A stretch of DNA of 64,000 nt from Giardia intestinalis (Eukaryota): NCBI GenBank assembly GCA_000002435.2, contig CM018789.1. One strand, written 5' to 3'. How positions within the stretch are numbered: position 1 is the first letter of the stretch; every line of letters begins with the position of its first letter. The notes under the pieces were generated by a model. That model saw only the letters and a list, made by a program, of their open reading frames with translations, was not told the origin of the DNA and made no database searches. Position numbers and translations under genes: made by a program. Shown one piece after another: positions 49,215 to 59,196 of the stretch.

Positions 49215-50315
49215 ATGACCTTCTTGGCGCTTTTTCTCCTTATAGGCCTTGCCTCTATTTTTTGTGGCTCAGTATTGTCATCGCTAACCCTGCGGCTCAT
49301 ACTGGAACTAGCTCCCAAGCTGGAAAAGGCCGGTTTGTCTGGCAGAGACCTGAACAAGGCTGTCTCTGAGAAGATCCCTGAGGACGCTGGCCTGGGGCCC
49401 TCTGCGATGTTTTTACTTACTATATCTCTTTGGAGTCTCGTAATGCCCCGCTCTTCTACGCTTCTGAGCGCTGGGTTCAGCATCATGGCATCTTCATTCC
49501 TGGGGTTTGTGGACGACGTAGTGAATCTCAGATGGCGTTACAAACTTATCGTGCCCTCCATAACCTTGCTCCCTTTGGTAGGTGCATACAGTGGTAGTGG
49601 ACTATCTCTAGGGCCTCTTCGGCTTACCTCCTCTATGACAAAGCTGTATTGTCTTCTGTTTGCCATCTTTTCCCAGAACGCGGTTAATATTTATGCAGGC
49701 ATTAACGGCCTGGAGGTGGGACAGTCCATAGTCGCGTGCACTTTTCTTCTTCCAATAGTTCTTTACAAGCTCTATGTGGCATTAGATACCACACGCTATG
49801 CAGAACATCTTGCTCCCTGGCAGCGACTTCTGTCACATCCTTCTTTATTGTCATCCTTGGTGATTATAGTATGCTTTCTGGCAGTTTCTCATCCTGTGTA
49901 TTTACTAAACAGATATCCTAGCAGAGTGTTTGTTGGGGACATCTACGCTTACTTTGCAGGGTCTGTCTTTGCATCAGCGTGCATTCTTAGCGACACTCTT
50001 ATTGCAGGTCCTCTCTTGTTTCTTCCGCAAATACTTAACTTCGTTCTTTCAGTACCGCAATTATTTGGCATTGTGCCTTGTCCCCGACACCGTCTTCCCC
50101 GTTTTTCACAGGACCATGGAACTCTAACGGGCGTGGCCACACACCTCAATCTTATAAACCAGTATCTCCGCATCCGCGGACCCCTTTCTGAAAAGAGGTT
50201 ATGCCGTGAGCTTCTCTCTATTCAGGCAATTATCAGCGCTTTTGTTGTATTGTTCTTCGTGCTTGCGCGAGGGAAGGTTGAAAATAGTTTTGTCGGCGTT
50301 CACCGAAAGCTCTAG
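49215..50315 (+). CDS. ALG7: UDP-GlcNAc:dolichyl-phosphate GlcNAc-1-phosphate transferase (ALG7/DPAGT1)
   Basis: ATG start 29 bp after the upstream stop. GRDLNKAVSEKIPEDAG matches DPAGT1 GQDLNKTSRQQIPESQG. FVDDVVNLRWRYKLIVP matches ADDVLNLRWRHKLLLP. NAVNIYAGINGLEVGQS matches NAINILAGINGLEAGQS. NRYPSRVFVGDIYAYFAG matches HNWYPSRVFVGDTFCYFAG. IVPCPRHRLPRF matches IIPCPRHRIPRL. Confidence 0.9.
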   Translation: MTFLALFLLIGLASIFCGSVLSSLTLRLILELAPKLEKAGLSGRDLNKAVSEKIPEDAGLGPSAMFLLTISLWSLVMPRSSTLLSAGFSIMASSFLGFVDDVVNLRWRYKLIVPSITLLPLVGAYSGSGLSLGPLRLTSSMTKLYCLLFAIFSQNAVNIYAGINGLEVGQSIVACTFLLPIVLYKLYVALDTTRYAEHLAPWQRLLSHPSLLSSLVIIVCFLAVSHPVYLLNRYPSRVFVGDIYAYFAGSVFASACILSDTLIAGPLLFLPQILNFVLSVPQLFGIVPCPRHRLPRFSQDHGTLTGVATHLNLINQYLRIRGPLSEKRLCRELLSIQAIISAFVVLFFVLARGKVENSFVGVHRKL

Positions 50316-50396
50316 ACTCTAAGCTGTGACTGCTCAACCAACTGCAACAGCCACTGAATCATTCCTTCATATTGGAACGCTGGAAGGCAGCCCTGT

Positions 50397-51158
50397 TTAC
50401 TTTTTCTTTCCCTTACTCTTGTTCTTTTTTCCTGGATTGGCCTCCTCAACTTGTTCAACTGCTCCGCTTGATAGGGTACACTCATACTCCCCTTTGCACA
50501 AGCTCTCCAACAAACTCATAAGCTGGTCAACGCCCTTGGGGCTAACAGAAAACTTCACGGACCAGCCTGTAGAGGTATATTCCCCGTCACCCAGGAAGTT
50601 TACGCCTATTTTCACAGCTGTCGCCTGGAGTTTGGAGACCGCGCTATATGGAACCGACAAAGAGCCCTCTATACCTCCTGGGTGCAGTAAAATGATATCC
50701 TTCTTTTCTAACATCTCTACAATCCCCGGTGCCTGCGCACTTGCTTCTATAAAGGGATCTATCTTAAGCCCAATGACTTGGTCCATAGCCGCAAGAATCC
50801 GGGCAACCGGGACTATGGAGTTGGTGTTGCTCAAGTAGTTATTGTGTAAGAAGCCTGCTATCTCTTGCTTCTTTTCTTCCACACGCCGCCGGCGCTCCTG
50901 AGTCGACAGGGACACGTGGCCGCGAGTTAGTATTTCCTGGATGGCCTCTGCCTCTGTTGCGCCCGCTTCCTTAATAGCAGCATCTGTGGCGCGCTCCCCT
51001 TGCTTTGCATCGGAGTATATCACATTTGTCACCAAGACGTTGTCCAGACTCGTGCTCTTGTTTTCTCTCCACTTGATCACAGCATCCTGATAGCAAATAA
51101 CCTCGAGCACGTTCTTGGAGAGCTTTAAGGAAACAACCTGGTGGTTTGCTGTAGCCAT
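50397..51158 (-). CDS. SBDS: Ribosome maturation factor SBDS/Sdo1
   Basis: The FYSH-domain N-terminus VVSLKLSKNVLEVICYQDAVIKWR resembles SBDS [31 protein letters not shown]. It has the overall SBDS length and a K-rich C-terminus. The track ORF (to 51275) would overlap the next gene by 71 nt. Starting at the ATG of MATANHQ (codon 40) removes the overlap. Confidence 0.7.
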   Translation of the reverse strand: MATANHQVVSLKLSKNVLEVICYQDAVIKWRENKSTSLDNVLVTNVIYSDAKQGERATDAAIKEAGATEAEAIQEILTRGHVSLSTQERRRRVEEKKQEIAGFLHNNYLSNTNSIVPVARILAAMDQVIGLKIDPFIEASAQAPGIVEMLEKKDIILLHPGGIEGSLSVPYSAVSKLQATAVKIGVNFLGDGEYTSTGWSVKFSVSPKGVDQLMSLLESLCKGEYECTLSSGAVEQVEEANPGKKNKSKGKKK

Positions 51159-51204
51159 TGTCGAGTCCTTTAAAATTCTTTTTGCGTAAGAAGGACAATG
51201 ACAA

Positions 51205-51759
51205 CTAAAAACTGTCTGAGTCATCGGGGTCCCTATGACCAAAAATGGAGGTACTCTGCCGTTCTCTGCTAACATAATTGATGATCCCAGTCTTTGCTAG
51301 AGCCACTTGCAACAATTCGGCACTCGGTTTATCGCCTCCAAACTCGTCAAATCCGAGAAACTTCTTCTTAAGGATGCCTTTGTCAAAGACACAAAGGGTG
51401 GGGAGGGTCTTTATCTTCAGTTTATTGACGAAAAATCCCGCTCCTAGGGCATTAATCTTGATAAATCGGACCTTAAGGTGTATTGACGCCACATTTTCTA
51501 GAATGTCATTCAGAACTTTGCATGTATTAAACTCAGGGTGGAAGAAGTGACACACTACAACCTCAGACTGTTTGATACTGTCCAGAAACACAGCCTCCTC
51601 GACTTCCAGGAGCTTCCCATGATTATGCTCCAGAACCTCCTTTTGCAGGTTAAACTCATTCTGCAACTCTTCTCTGCGCTTCATTATGTACACATCTAAA
51701 CTATTATCGATAGCTAGGTCATCATCTGAGCTACTGAACGAGGGAGTAGAGGACGCCAT
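51205..51759 (-). CDS. Thioredoxin-fold phosducin-like protein (TXNDC9/PhLP3 family)
   Basis: EVVVCHFFHPEFNTCKVLNDILENVASIHLKVRFIKINALGAGFFVNKLKIKTLPTLCVFDKGILKKKFLGFDEFGG aligns with human TXNDC9 [76 protein letters not shown]. The acidic tail is RDPDDSDSF. ATG start. The promoter contains repeated CAAATTT heptamers. Confidence 0.85.
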   Translation of the reverse strand: MASSTPSFSSSDDDLAIDNSLDVYIMKRREELQNEFNLQKEVLEHNHGKLLEVEEAVFLDSIKQSEVVVCHFFHPEFNTCKVLNDILENVASIHLKVRFIKINALGAGFFVNKLKIKTLPTLCVFDKGILKKKFLGFDEFGGDKPSAELLQVALAKTGIINYVSRERQSTSIFGHRDPDDSDSF

Positions 51760-52553
51760 GATTCAAATTTCAATAGTTCAAATTTCAAATTTATATGCAA
51801 CCTTGTTCTTTTATGCAGTTGTTCCTTCCACGGTTTAGTTACGACTTCTTACTGTCCGGCTTCTAATCTATAGTTTAAAATTTGAACTCTGGACTGGTAA
51901 GTCTCGGGATTCATGTCCTGCTGGACTTACTATGCGCTGGCCATCTATATCTTTATACAGAGAGTGCATCCATTGACTCCTTTCTCTGTCTCGGGCGTTG
52001 CTGTGTAACTGCAGGCTAGACATCTTTGCCCTGTGGACGTTCAGAAATCTACAATGCCTAGTCACGGAGTTTTTTCCAAGGGTGTCTACCTCTGCCTCTA
52101 GGCTTGCTCTATCAGCAGTTATTGTGCTTACCTATAGCTATGGTCAGCATACTACCTCCATTTCAATGGTTCTCTCCTAACAATCCGATAACTCAGTCAT
52201 TAACCTAATCTGCTCTTCTACGGTAGATAAGCCTTTGTACCACCTATGACTAACTATTGCTAGTTCTGTCTTACATACTATATAGGATGCACGTAACTAC
52301 ATGCAGTTAGGTTCCTTGCATTTACCATTAGCAGTCAACCGCGAGCGCTCTGTACTAGCTGTCGTCTCCACATTGCACTTTGCTTAGTCAAAGTGCATGC
52401 TCTAGCTAAGATGAGGTCGATTTCTTCGCAGAAAACACAGCAAAGGCTGATAGGACAACGAGCAGAGTACACGAGCTGTCGCCAGTGACTGTCTGAGGCG
52501 CTTCTACCGGCAGGACTATAGACTCATGATATTCAGTGGCTCCGTTTACTGGG

Positions 52554-55052
52554 TCATATCAGGGACTGGCGGTAGTCGTAGGACTCGCCCCGCATGAGCG
52601 ATGTGTACTTCGCCCCGCGCTTGGGCCGGCCGCCCCTCCTGAAGACGAACCACCAGACGAGGAAGCCGGCGACGGCCAGGACGAGGAGGACGACGATGAC
52701 GATGGCGGCGATTGCTCCCCCGCCGAGCCCGCCCCGCCGGTAGTAGCCGGGGTCGAGGCAGTTGACGCTCCCGCCGCCCTTGTCGGTCAGCTCGCAGGTC
52801 GTGCACCCCGCGAGGCCCACCCAGCCGTCCATGCCCCCGGTGTCGCTGCAGCCCATGCACGCCGTGTGGTAGACGTCCGGGGAGATGGGGACGGCGTTCT
52901 CCGCGCAGCTCTCGCACTTGAGCCCCGTCGCGCAGACCCGGCAGTTCGCGATGTCGCACGGCTGGCACTCCCCGAGGTCCTCGTCGGGGTACGTCGAGCC
53001 GCCGCAGCTGGCGCAGTCCTTCGTGCACGCCGCCGTCCGCGGGCAGAGGTACGCGCCGGCCGTGCAGTGCTCGCATCTATTGGGGTCGTCGGCCACGCAC
53101 AGAGCGCACAGCTCCACGGTGCATGTGGGCGGGGGCGCCTCGCAGACGGTCTTGCCCTGGTCCGTCTCCTTGAGATACCCGTCCTTGCACTTCTGGCAGA
53201 CGACGTTCTTGGCTCCCCCGTCCCCCACGGTGCTGCGGCAGACGATGCAGTGCTGGACGCCTACATAACCGTTTCCATCGGAGTCACACTTCACGCACTG
53301 CCCAGGCTGCCCTCTTCTCTCAGTCGCGATGTAGTATCCGAAGAGACACGTCGTGCAACCCGTGCTGCTGCCGTCATTACACGTTGAGCACCCGGCGGCG
53401 CACGGCCTGCACGCCCCCGTCGAGGAGTCGCTGCCGGACACCTCGAGGTAGTACCCGTCTGCGCACCGGGAGCACGAGGTCCCGTCTACACAGGAGAGGC
53501 AGTTCTCCGCGCAGCGCGCACAGGCCCCGCTGGCGTTGTAGTAGCCCGGGCCCAGCGCCAGGCAGCTCCCGAAGCACTTCGTCTTGTCCTCCTTCATGAT
53601 GAGAGGCTCGAAACAGGCGTCGCACGTCGTGGCAGAGTCCTTCAAGCACGCCTGGCAGCCCTGGACGGCACACCCTTCGGGCGTTGCGGGCGGGAGGGCC
53701 CGGGGGCACGCGCCATCCTCGCCGGGCTCCGTCGAGTCCGAACACCTGGTGCACACAACCTTGGCGGGGTCATCACTGGCGAGCGAGCAGCCCCCACAGT
53801 TGGCCACTCCCCCCACCGTGTCGTCCCAGCAGGCGAGGCACTTGGATGACTGGCCATCTGCAGTGATGGTTATCACACTCGAGGAGTCCGAGGACGCACA
53901 TGTAGTGCAGACCCCACCGACCACTGCGGAGCAGATCGACTTCCCGATGGGGTGGGTGATGTCGTAGCAGCCGCCGTAGAACAGGAAGAACTCGGGGGTA
54001 CCGTCTGCGGTCTGCTTGGTGCTGCAGGCCGTGCACGACCCGCCGCTGCACGTGTGTCCGTCGGTCCCGTCCGAGCTCTGGCCGATGCAGACGCCGTTCA
54101 GGGGGTAGTGGTCGGGCTGGGCGCACCTCTTGCAGAGCACCCGGCCGTTGACGTAGATCTGGTCCTCGGCCGCGCAGATGGCCTGGGCGAGGGGGCCGTC
54201 GACGGAGTAGCAGCTCCCGTAGAAGAGCATGAAGCCGGAGGAGCACGCGTCGCAGAGCCCGTTGCCCCGGGGGTCGGAGCACCCGGCGAGCGCGGCCAGG
54301 GCGGAATAGTTGGAGAGGCACCGGCCGTCGACGGGCACGTAGCCTATTTTGCACTGCGTGCAGAGGGTGGGCTTCGAATCTGCGCTCGTGAGCACGTTCA
54401 TCCGGCAGCGCTCGCAGAAGAGGGTCCCGTCCAGCCCGTAGCACGCGAGGCAGGAGGTGGCAGACGAGCTCGCACTGGGGTTCCTGAGGAACTTCGACCC
54501 GCAAGAGCCGCAGACAGAGCCAGTGGTGTCAGATTGATTAGGACACACAATGCTGCCGGGAGAACTATCAAACTTGTAGCACGACCCGTAGTGGAGGAAG
54601 TAGCCGTTGCCACATGTCGTGCACACGCCCTTACTGCATGTGTTCCCCGCAGCACTCCCAGCCGGCACGCACACCCCGTCGATCGGGACGTCGCCCTCGA
54701 TGGCGCATGCCCCGCAGTACATCCCCTCCTCGACGATGTGCTTCTCCTTGCATATGGCGTTGATCAGGGATGCCGTGCGGTAGCACCCGCCCCTGTAGAA
54801 GAGGAAGTCCCGGATGCAGCCCGAGCAGGAGCCCGGAGTGGGGTTGCTGCCCGTGGGCACTATGCATATGCTCCGCGAGAGGCTCAGCAGCCTGCAGTCT
54901 CCGTTGACGGGGACCCGCGCTCCGTCGCACTTGGAGCAGTACTTCTTGCCGCCGATCGTGACGTTGCAGACGCCGGTCGCACCCCCGCAGTCGCTGTCCT
55001 GGGTGCACTCTGAGAAAATACCGTGCAGAAGAAGAAGGATGAGAGCCCTCAT
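52554..55052 (-). CDS. High-cysteine membrane protein (HCMP; VSP-like ectodomain of CXXC/CXC repeats, single TM, cytoplasmic tail not CRGKA)
   Basis: ATG start (MRALILLLLHGIFS, a signal peptide). About 12% Cys with many CXXC motifs. The C-terminal TM is AIAAIVIVVLLVLAVAGFLVWWFVF, followed by the tail RRGGRPKRGAKYTSLMRGESYDYRQSLI. GC-rich coding sequence. Confidence 0.85.
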   Translation of the reverse strand: MRALILLLLHGIFSECTQDSDCGGATGVCNVTIGGKKYCSKCDGARVPVNGDCRLLSLSRSICIVPTGSNPTPGSCSGCIRDFLFYRGGCYRTASLINAICKEKHIVEEGMYCGACAIEGDVPIDGVCVPAGSAAGNTCSKGVCTTCGNGYFLHYGSCYKFDSSPGSIVCPNQSDTTGSVCGSCGSKFLRNPSASSSATSCLACYGLDGTLFCERCRMNVLTSADSKPTLCTQCKIGYVPVDGRCLSNYSALAALAGCSDPRGNGLCDACSSGFMLFYGSCYSVDGPLAQAICAAEDQIYVNGRVLCKRCAQPDHYPLNGVCIGQSSDGTDGHTCSGGSCTACSTKQTADGTPEFFLFYGGCYDITHPIGKSICSAVVGGVCTTCASSDSSSVITITADGQSSKCLACWDDTVGGVANCGGCSLASDDPAKVVCTRCSDSTEPGEDGACPRALPPATPEGCAVQGCQACLKDSATTCDACFEPLIMKEDKTKCFGSCLALGPGYYNASGACARCAENCLSCVDGTSCSRCADGYYLEVSGSDSSTGACRPCAAGCSTCNDGSSTGCTTCLFGYYIATERRGQPGQCVKCDSDGNGYVGVQHCIVCRSTVGDGGAKNVVCQKCKDGYLKETDQGKTVCEAPPPTCTVELCALCVADDPNRCEHCTAGAYLCPRTAACTKDCASCGGSTYPDEDLGECQPCDIANCRVCATGLKCESCAENAVPISPDVYHTACMGCSDTGGMDGWVGLAGCTTCELTDKGGGSVNCLDPGYYRRGGLGGGAIAAIVIVVLLVLAVAGFLVWWFVFRRGGRPKRGAKYTSLMRGESYDYRQSLI

Positions 55053-56982
55053 GTGAATCCCTGAGGATACAAGTTTTTAATGTGTCCGGATCAGCAAGGA
55101 TCCGCCACACTACCTCTGCTGTGGAGGCTCCCGGACGCCCAACCTCCGCATGGTCGAACGGCGGCCCCGGAGTCGGCACGGAGCAATCCTCGGAGGGCGA
55201 GTCGAGCCCTGTCCCTCGGGGCTGCACAGGTCCTGCCACTCCGTGTGCCGGTCTTTTGCAGAGGCCAGCCGAGCGGACCGAGTGGGCGGCGCCTGCACGC
55301 AACGGCCGGGCGGCGGGTCCGAGCCACCCGGTGCAGGGACCGCCCATGCTGCGCCGGCCTCCCACGGCTGCAGGCGTGGCTCGGCGCCTATGCTACGCAG
55401 TCGAGCACCCGATGCTTCGGCAGGCCGGGGAGCGCCATCGAGCGACGCGCTATTTTAAATCCACGGCCGAGCTGTCCACTGCTCTGCACATCAGGCATTG
55501 CCTCCGGGGGTTCCGGGCCAGAGCGGGTCTGTTGCAGTGGGAGGGGCAGCACTGAGCGCTCCGACGCACCCGTGCCAACTGATAGGGGCCGTCGGGGGAT
55601 CCAAAAGTGCATTACGTCCAGAGTGCAGATTGACGGGACAGCCGGGCCTGGTTCGTCTCCGTCTTCACACAAGAGCGGGGAGGTGGGTTTACTCGTGAGA
55701 CCCTTGGACCGCGGCTGCAGGGGGCTCAGTACTAGAGCGCTAGAAATAGCTGGCTGTCGAAGTAAATCGTCGCTTTCCGGGGATGACATCTTCCTCGACC
55801 AGGGCAGCAGAAGAGACCCTCAATGCATCTGCCGGTGTTGGGGTGCATCCTACCCGTCAGCGGCGCTTCATGGCTCCACCGGAAAGCCCGATCGTCCGCT
55901 TCTTGCTGTGCTCAGAGGACAGAGAACTAGGCAGGCGTAATCCCATCCGCCCACCGGAGGGCTATGAGTGCCCCCCTCGTCCCATCGAGCAGCACCAGGC
56001 GCAGAAGAGGTCTGCCGGAAATGCGCCAGATGCAGTCAACGCTTTTCTGGGTGTAGTGTTAACAGAATCACACGCTACGACGCGTCCCAGACAGGCTCCA
56101 CCTGGCAGCGGCGCCCCAGAGACGGGCCCCGGGGGACAAAGTATCTCCGGCTCTGCCCCTGCTCCAATGCGAGCGGCCCGCGGACAGAGCCAGGGACGGG
56201 GGCCAGTGCTCGGCCTGCTGCTGGTGCGGTAGCGCCGGGAGACCACCGGACCATCGACTCGGCCGCGGCAACCGGCGGAGCGCCCTGGGCTGCTGCTGTG
56301 TCCACACGCCTGGAGTGCACCGCAACAGCCCGGGATGGGTCCGCAGACAGGCGTGCCGCCCCAGCCGTCCCGGGGGCCGGCTCCTCGTGGCGGGCGGTCC
56401 TGCTCCCTTTGACTTTTCAAATGGAGAACGCAGTTATGGATCCTAGCCCTGCTGCAGAAGGTGCCTTATGAGACGCAGCACAGTCACACCAAGCAGTATT
56501 GGGGCTGAACACTCCTTGGGACGGGCTCCTGACGCATCTGAGAGACGCTCGTTGCTGTGCACTGCCTCTCGGGCCTTGGATGCATGTTGTGCAGAGCTGC
56601 AGGGGTCGCCCTTGCAGTTGTCGGTGGGCCGTTGATGGGGCCATTGAAAGCTCTGGACCGCTACTGGGCCGTGCTGTCCCAGTGCACGTGTGGCAGCTTT
56701 GGCTCGCACTGGATGGTCCGCAGAGATTGCAACGGAGCCACGAGGTGCACTAGTATGACATCCACATTGAGACAGTCGCAGTTCTATTCGGCTCAATCCA
56801 CCTCCTTCTGGCCCTGTGCCGAGATTGCAGATTGCAGAGTAGTGTTCGCGATAGACCCGGTGAGTGTTGATTCCATCAGCGCCTGTGGTCAACGTGTGTC
56901 CGAAGGATCAATCAACTGCATCAATCGACGTGGATTGACTGATGTACCGCGAGTATGTTCCTACCAATCTATCAATCGGGCA

Positions 56983-59181
56983 ATGTTTGGCAGTTTTGTT
57001 CTCGCGGGGGTACTCGTCCAGATTGCATGGGCAGAAAAAGTAGCAGAGCGCGCGGCTCAATGCGCAGATAACACTAATTGCGCAGCAGAAGCATGCAACG
57101 TTCTGATTGATGGTAAATTGTATTGCTCTAAATGCAAGACAGAGCTCGTTGGTCACGCTCCTGTCAACGGGGTATGCGCAGATGTGTCGTCAAGCAAGGA
57201 AATATGTAAAATAAACGCAGAAGGAAAATGTACTGAATGCGCTGGGCAATCCTTCATGTACAAAGGCGGCTGCTACCAAACGAGTCAAGCACCTGGCAGT
57301 AGCATGTGTCAAGCGGCAGATGCTGGTAAATGCACGACAGCTCCCGAATCGAAGGCTTACTTTGTAGTTCCAGAAGTAGATAGGAAGCCAACCGGACAGA
57401 CCGTTGTTTCGTGCGGAGACGCGACGGGCGTGACGCTTGCTGACAAGACGTACAAAGGCGTGGATGGGTGCACGAAGTGCGAGGCACCTGCGCCAGCCGA
57501 TGCCAGCGGGGCTAAGGCGGCGACGTGTACTGCGTGCCAGGCGGATAAGTATCTGAAGACAACTACGGACTCAGCCACCTCCTGCGTAACAGAAAAAGAG
57601 TGCACGGATGCCGCAGGCTTCTTCGTCGATACAACGGGCGGTAAAAAATGCAGCAAGTGCGATCCTGGTTGCAAGACCTGTAAGACCGAGGCTGCGAAGT
57701 GCACCTCTTGCAAGGACGACAAGCCGTACCTGAAGAAGGATGCCGGTGACACTGGCACGTGCGTCACTGAAGCTGATTGCAAGAATGGAAACACCCACTA
57801 CGCCGACGACACTGAGCCGAAGACGTGCAAGACGTGCGCCGAGGGGACCTCCGACGGGTGTGCGACGTGCGAGAAGAGCGCCGATGGAGCAGTCGCCTGC
57901 AAGACGTGCGGAAACCAGAAGAAGGTCCAGCCAAACAAGAAGGGGTGCATAGCAAAGTGCCCGGAGACGGTGAGTGCCGAGAAGGATGGCGTTTGTGAGT
58001 GCGTTGAGGGCTACGTTCCCGACAACGCGGGCACCGGGTGCACGAAGAAATCCGACCCCCAGTGCAACACCCCCGGCTGCAAGACGTGCAGTGAGCCGAA
58101 GACAAGCAAGGAGGTGTGCACAGAGTGCGAAGACGCTAAGGCCCTCACGCCCACGGGCCAGTGCATCGATAACTGCGGAGATCTGGGAGGCTACTACGCG
58201 GGCACCAACGAGGGGGGCAAGAAGGCCTGCAAGAAGTGCGAGGTCGAGAACTGCCTCCTGTGCAATGGGCAGGGACAGTGCGAGACCTGCAAGGACGGGT
58301 ACTACAAGAGCGGAGCCGCCTGTGCCAAGTGCGATACCTCGTGTAAGACGTGCGCGAACGGGAACTCCAACGGGTGCACGAGCTGCGAGTCTAGCAAGGC
58401 CCTCAGCTACGAAGGAGAGGGCACGGGGACGTGCAAACCAGGATGCGAGCCAAATGCTAACAACTGCGAGAAGTGCGAGCTGACAGTCGATGGCACGGCC
58501 TACTGCTCCAAGTGCAAGGACGCCAGCCAGTTCCCGCAGAACGGAGTCTGCTCGGCGGCGGCCGGAAAGGCTATTACGTGCACTACTCAAAGAGATGGTG
58601 TCTGCAACAAATGCGCCAACGGATTCCTTCGTATGAACGGGGGCTGCTATGAGACGACCAAGTTCCCCGGAAAGAGCGTCTGCAAAGAGGTACTGCAGAA
58701 TGGGGATACCTGTCAGACTCTGGCCGACGGATACAAGCTGGATAACGGTGCGCTCACCACTTGCTCGGCCGGATGTAAAACGTGCACTAGTAACACCGTG
58801 TGTACTGAATGCATGTATGGGTATGCAAAGACTAATAATGAGTGCAAAGTATGCACCACTGGCTGTGCTACGTGTGCAGGATCCACCTCAAATTGCGACA
58901 TTTGCAGCACTGGGTACTACAAATCTGGGAGTACCTGTGTGTCTTGCACAGCAAATACCGCTGATGGCACCATCACCGGCGTCGCCAACTGCGCCAACTG
59001 CGCTCCTCCACTTAACGATAAAGGGTCTGTCCTCTGCTACCTCGTACAGAGTGGCGAGAACACCAACAAGAGCGGTCTCAGCGCGGGCGCTATCGCGGGT
59101 ATCTCCGTCGCAGTCATCATTGTTGTCGGCGGTCTTGTTGGGTTCCTCTGCTGGTGGTTTATGTGCAGAGGCAAGGCGTAG
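56983..59181 (+). CDS. Variant-specific surface protein (VSP)
   Basis: Signal peptide [17 protein letters not shown]. The ectodomain is packed with CXXC repeats and includes GGCY motifs ([16 protein letters not shown]). The C-terminus [38 protein letters not shown] is the invariant VSP TM plus the CRGKA tail. The track ORF 56557 is an upstream in-frame extension with no signal-peptide character. I set the start to the ATG at codon 143. Confidence 0.9.
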   Translation: [732 protein letters not shown]

Positions 59182-59196
59182 ACTTAGATAGTAAAT
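59182..59196 (+). terminator. VSP-type extended polyadenylation signal
   Basis: The sequence tag|ACTTAGATAGTAAAT immediately after the stop matches the conserved VSP 3' element ACTYAGRTAGTRAAY, which contains the Giardia poly(A) signal AGTRAAY. Confidence 0.7.

Noticed and set aside
52536-55013. Long + strand ORFs (52536-53387, 53952-55013) and minus-frame alternatives (52546-53076, 53773-54504, 54631-55365)
   Set aside because: They are antisense or out-of-frame shadows of the GC-rich HCMP gene. The HCMP frame is the only one with a signal peptide, CXXC periodicity and a TM tail.
55080-56892. ORFs of 150-286 aa between HCMP and VSP (55080-55940 +, 55962-56420 -, 55968-56471 +, 56443-56892 -)
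   Set aside because: They are GC-rich, low-complexity and mutually overlapping on both strands. I treated them as a non-coding or decayed spacer.
56557-56982. 142-codon in-frame N-terminal extension of the VSP ORF
   Set aside because: The track start is a non-canonical M. The extension lacks a signal peptide, whereas the internal ATG gives a textbook signal peptide ([17 protein letters not shown]), as expected for VSPs. It may still be a relic of upstream sequence.
57571-58590. 339-aa minus-strand ORF, plus other minus ORFs at 57254-58105
   Set aside because: They are antisense shadow of the VSP coding sequence. The translation is A/R/L-rich with no features.
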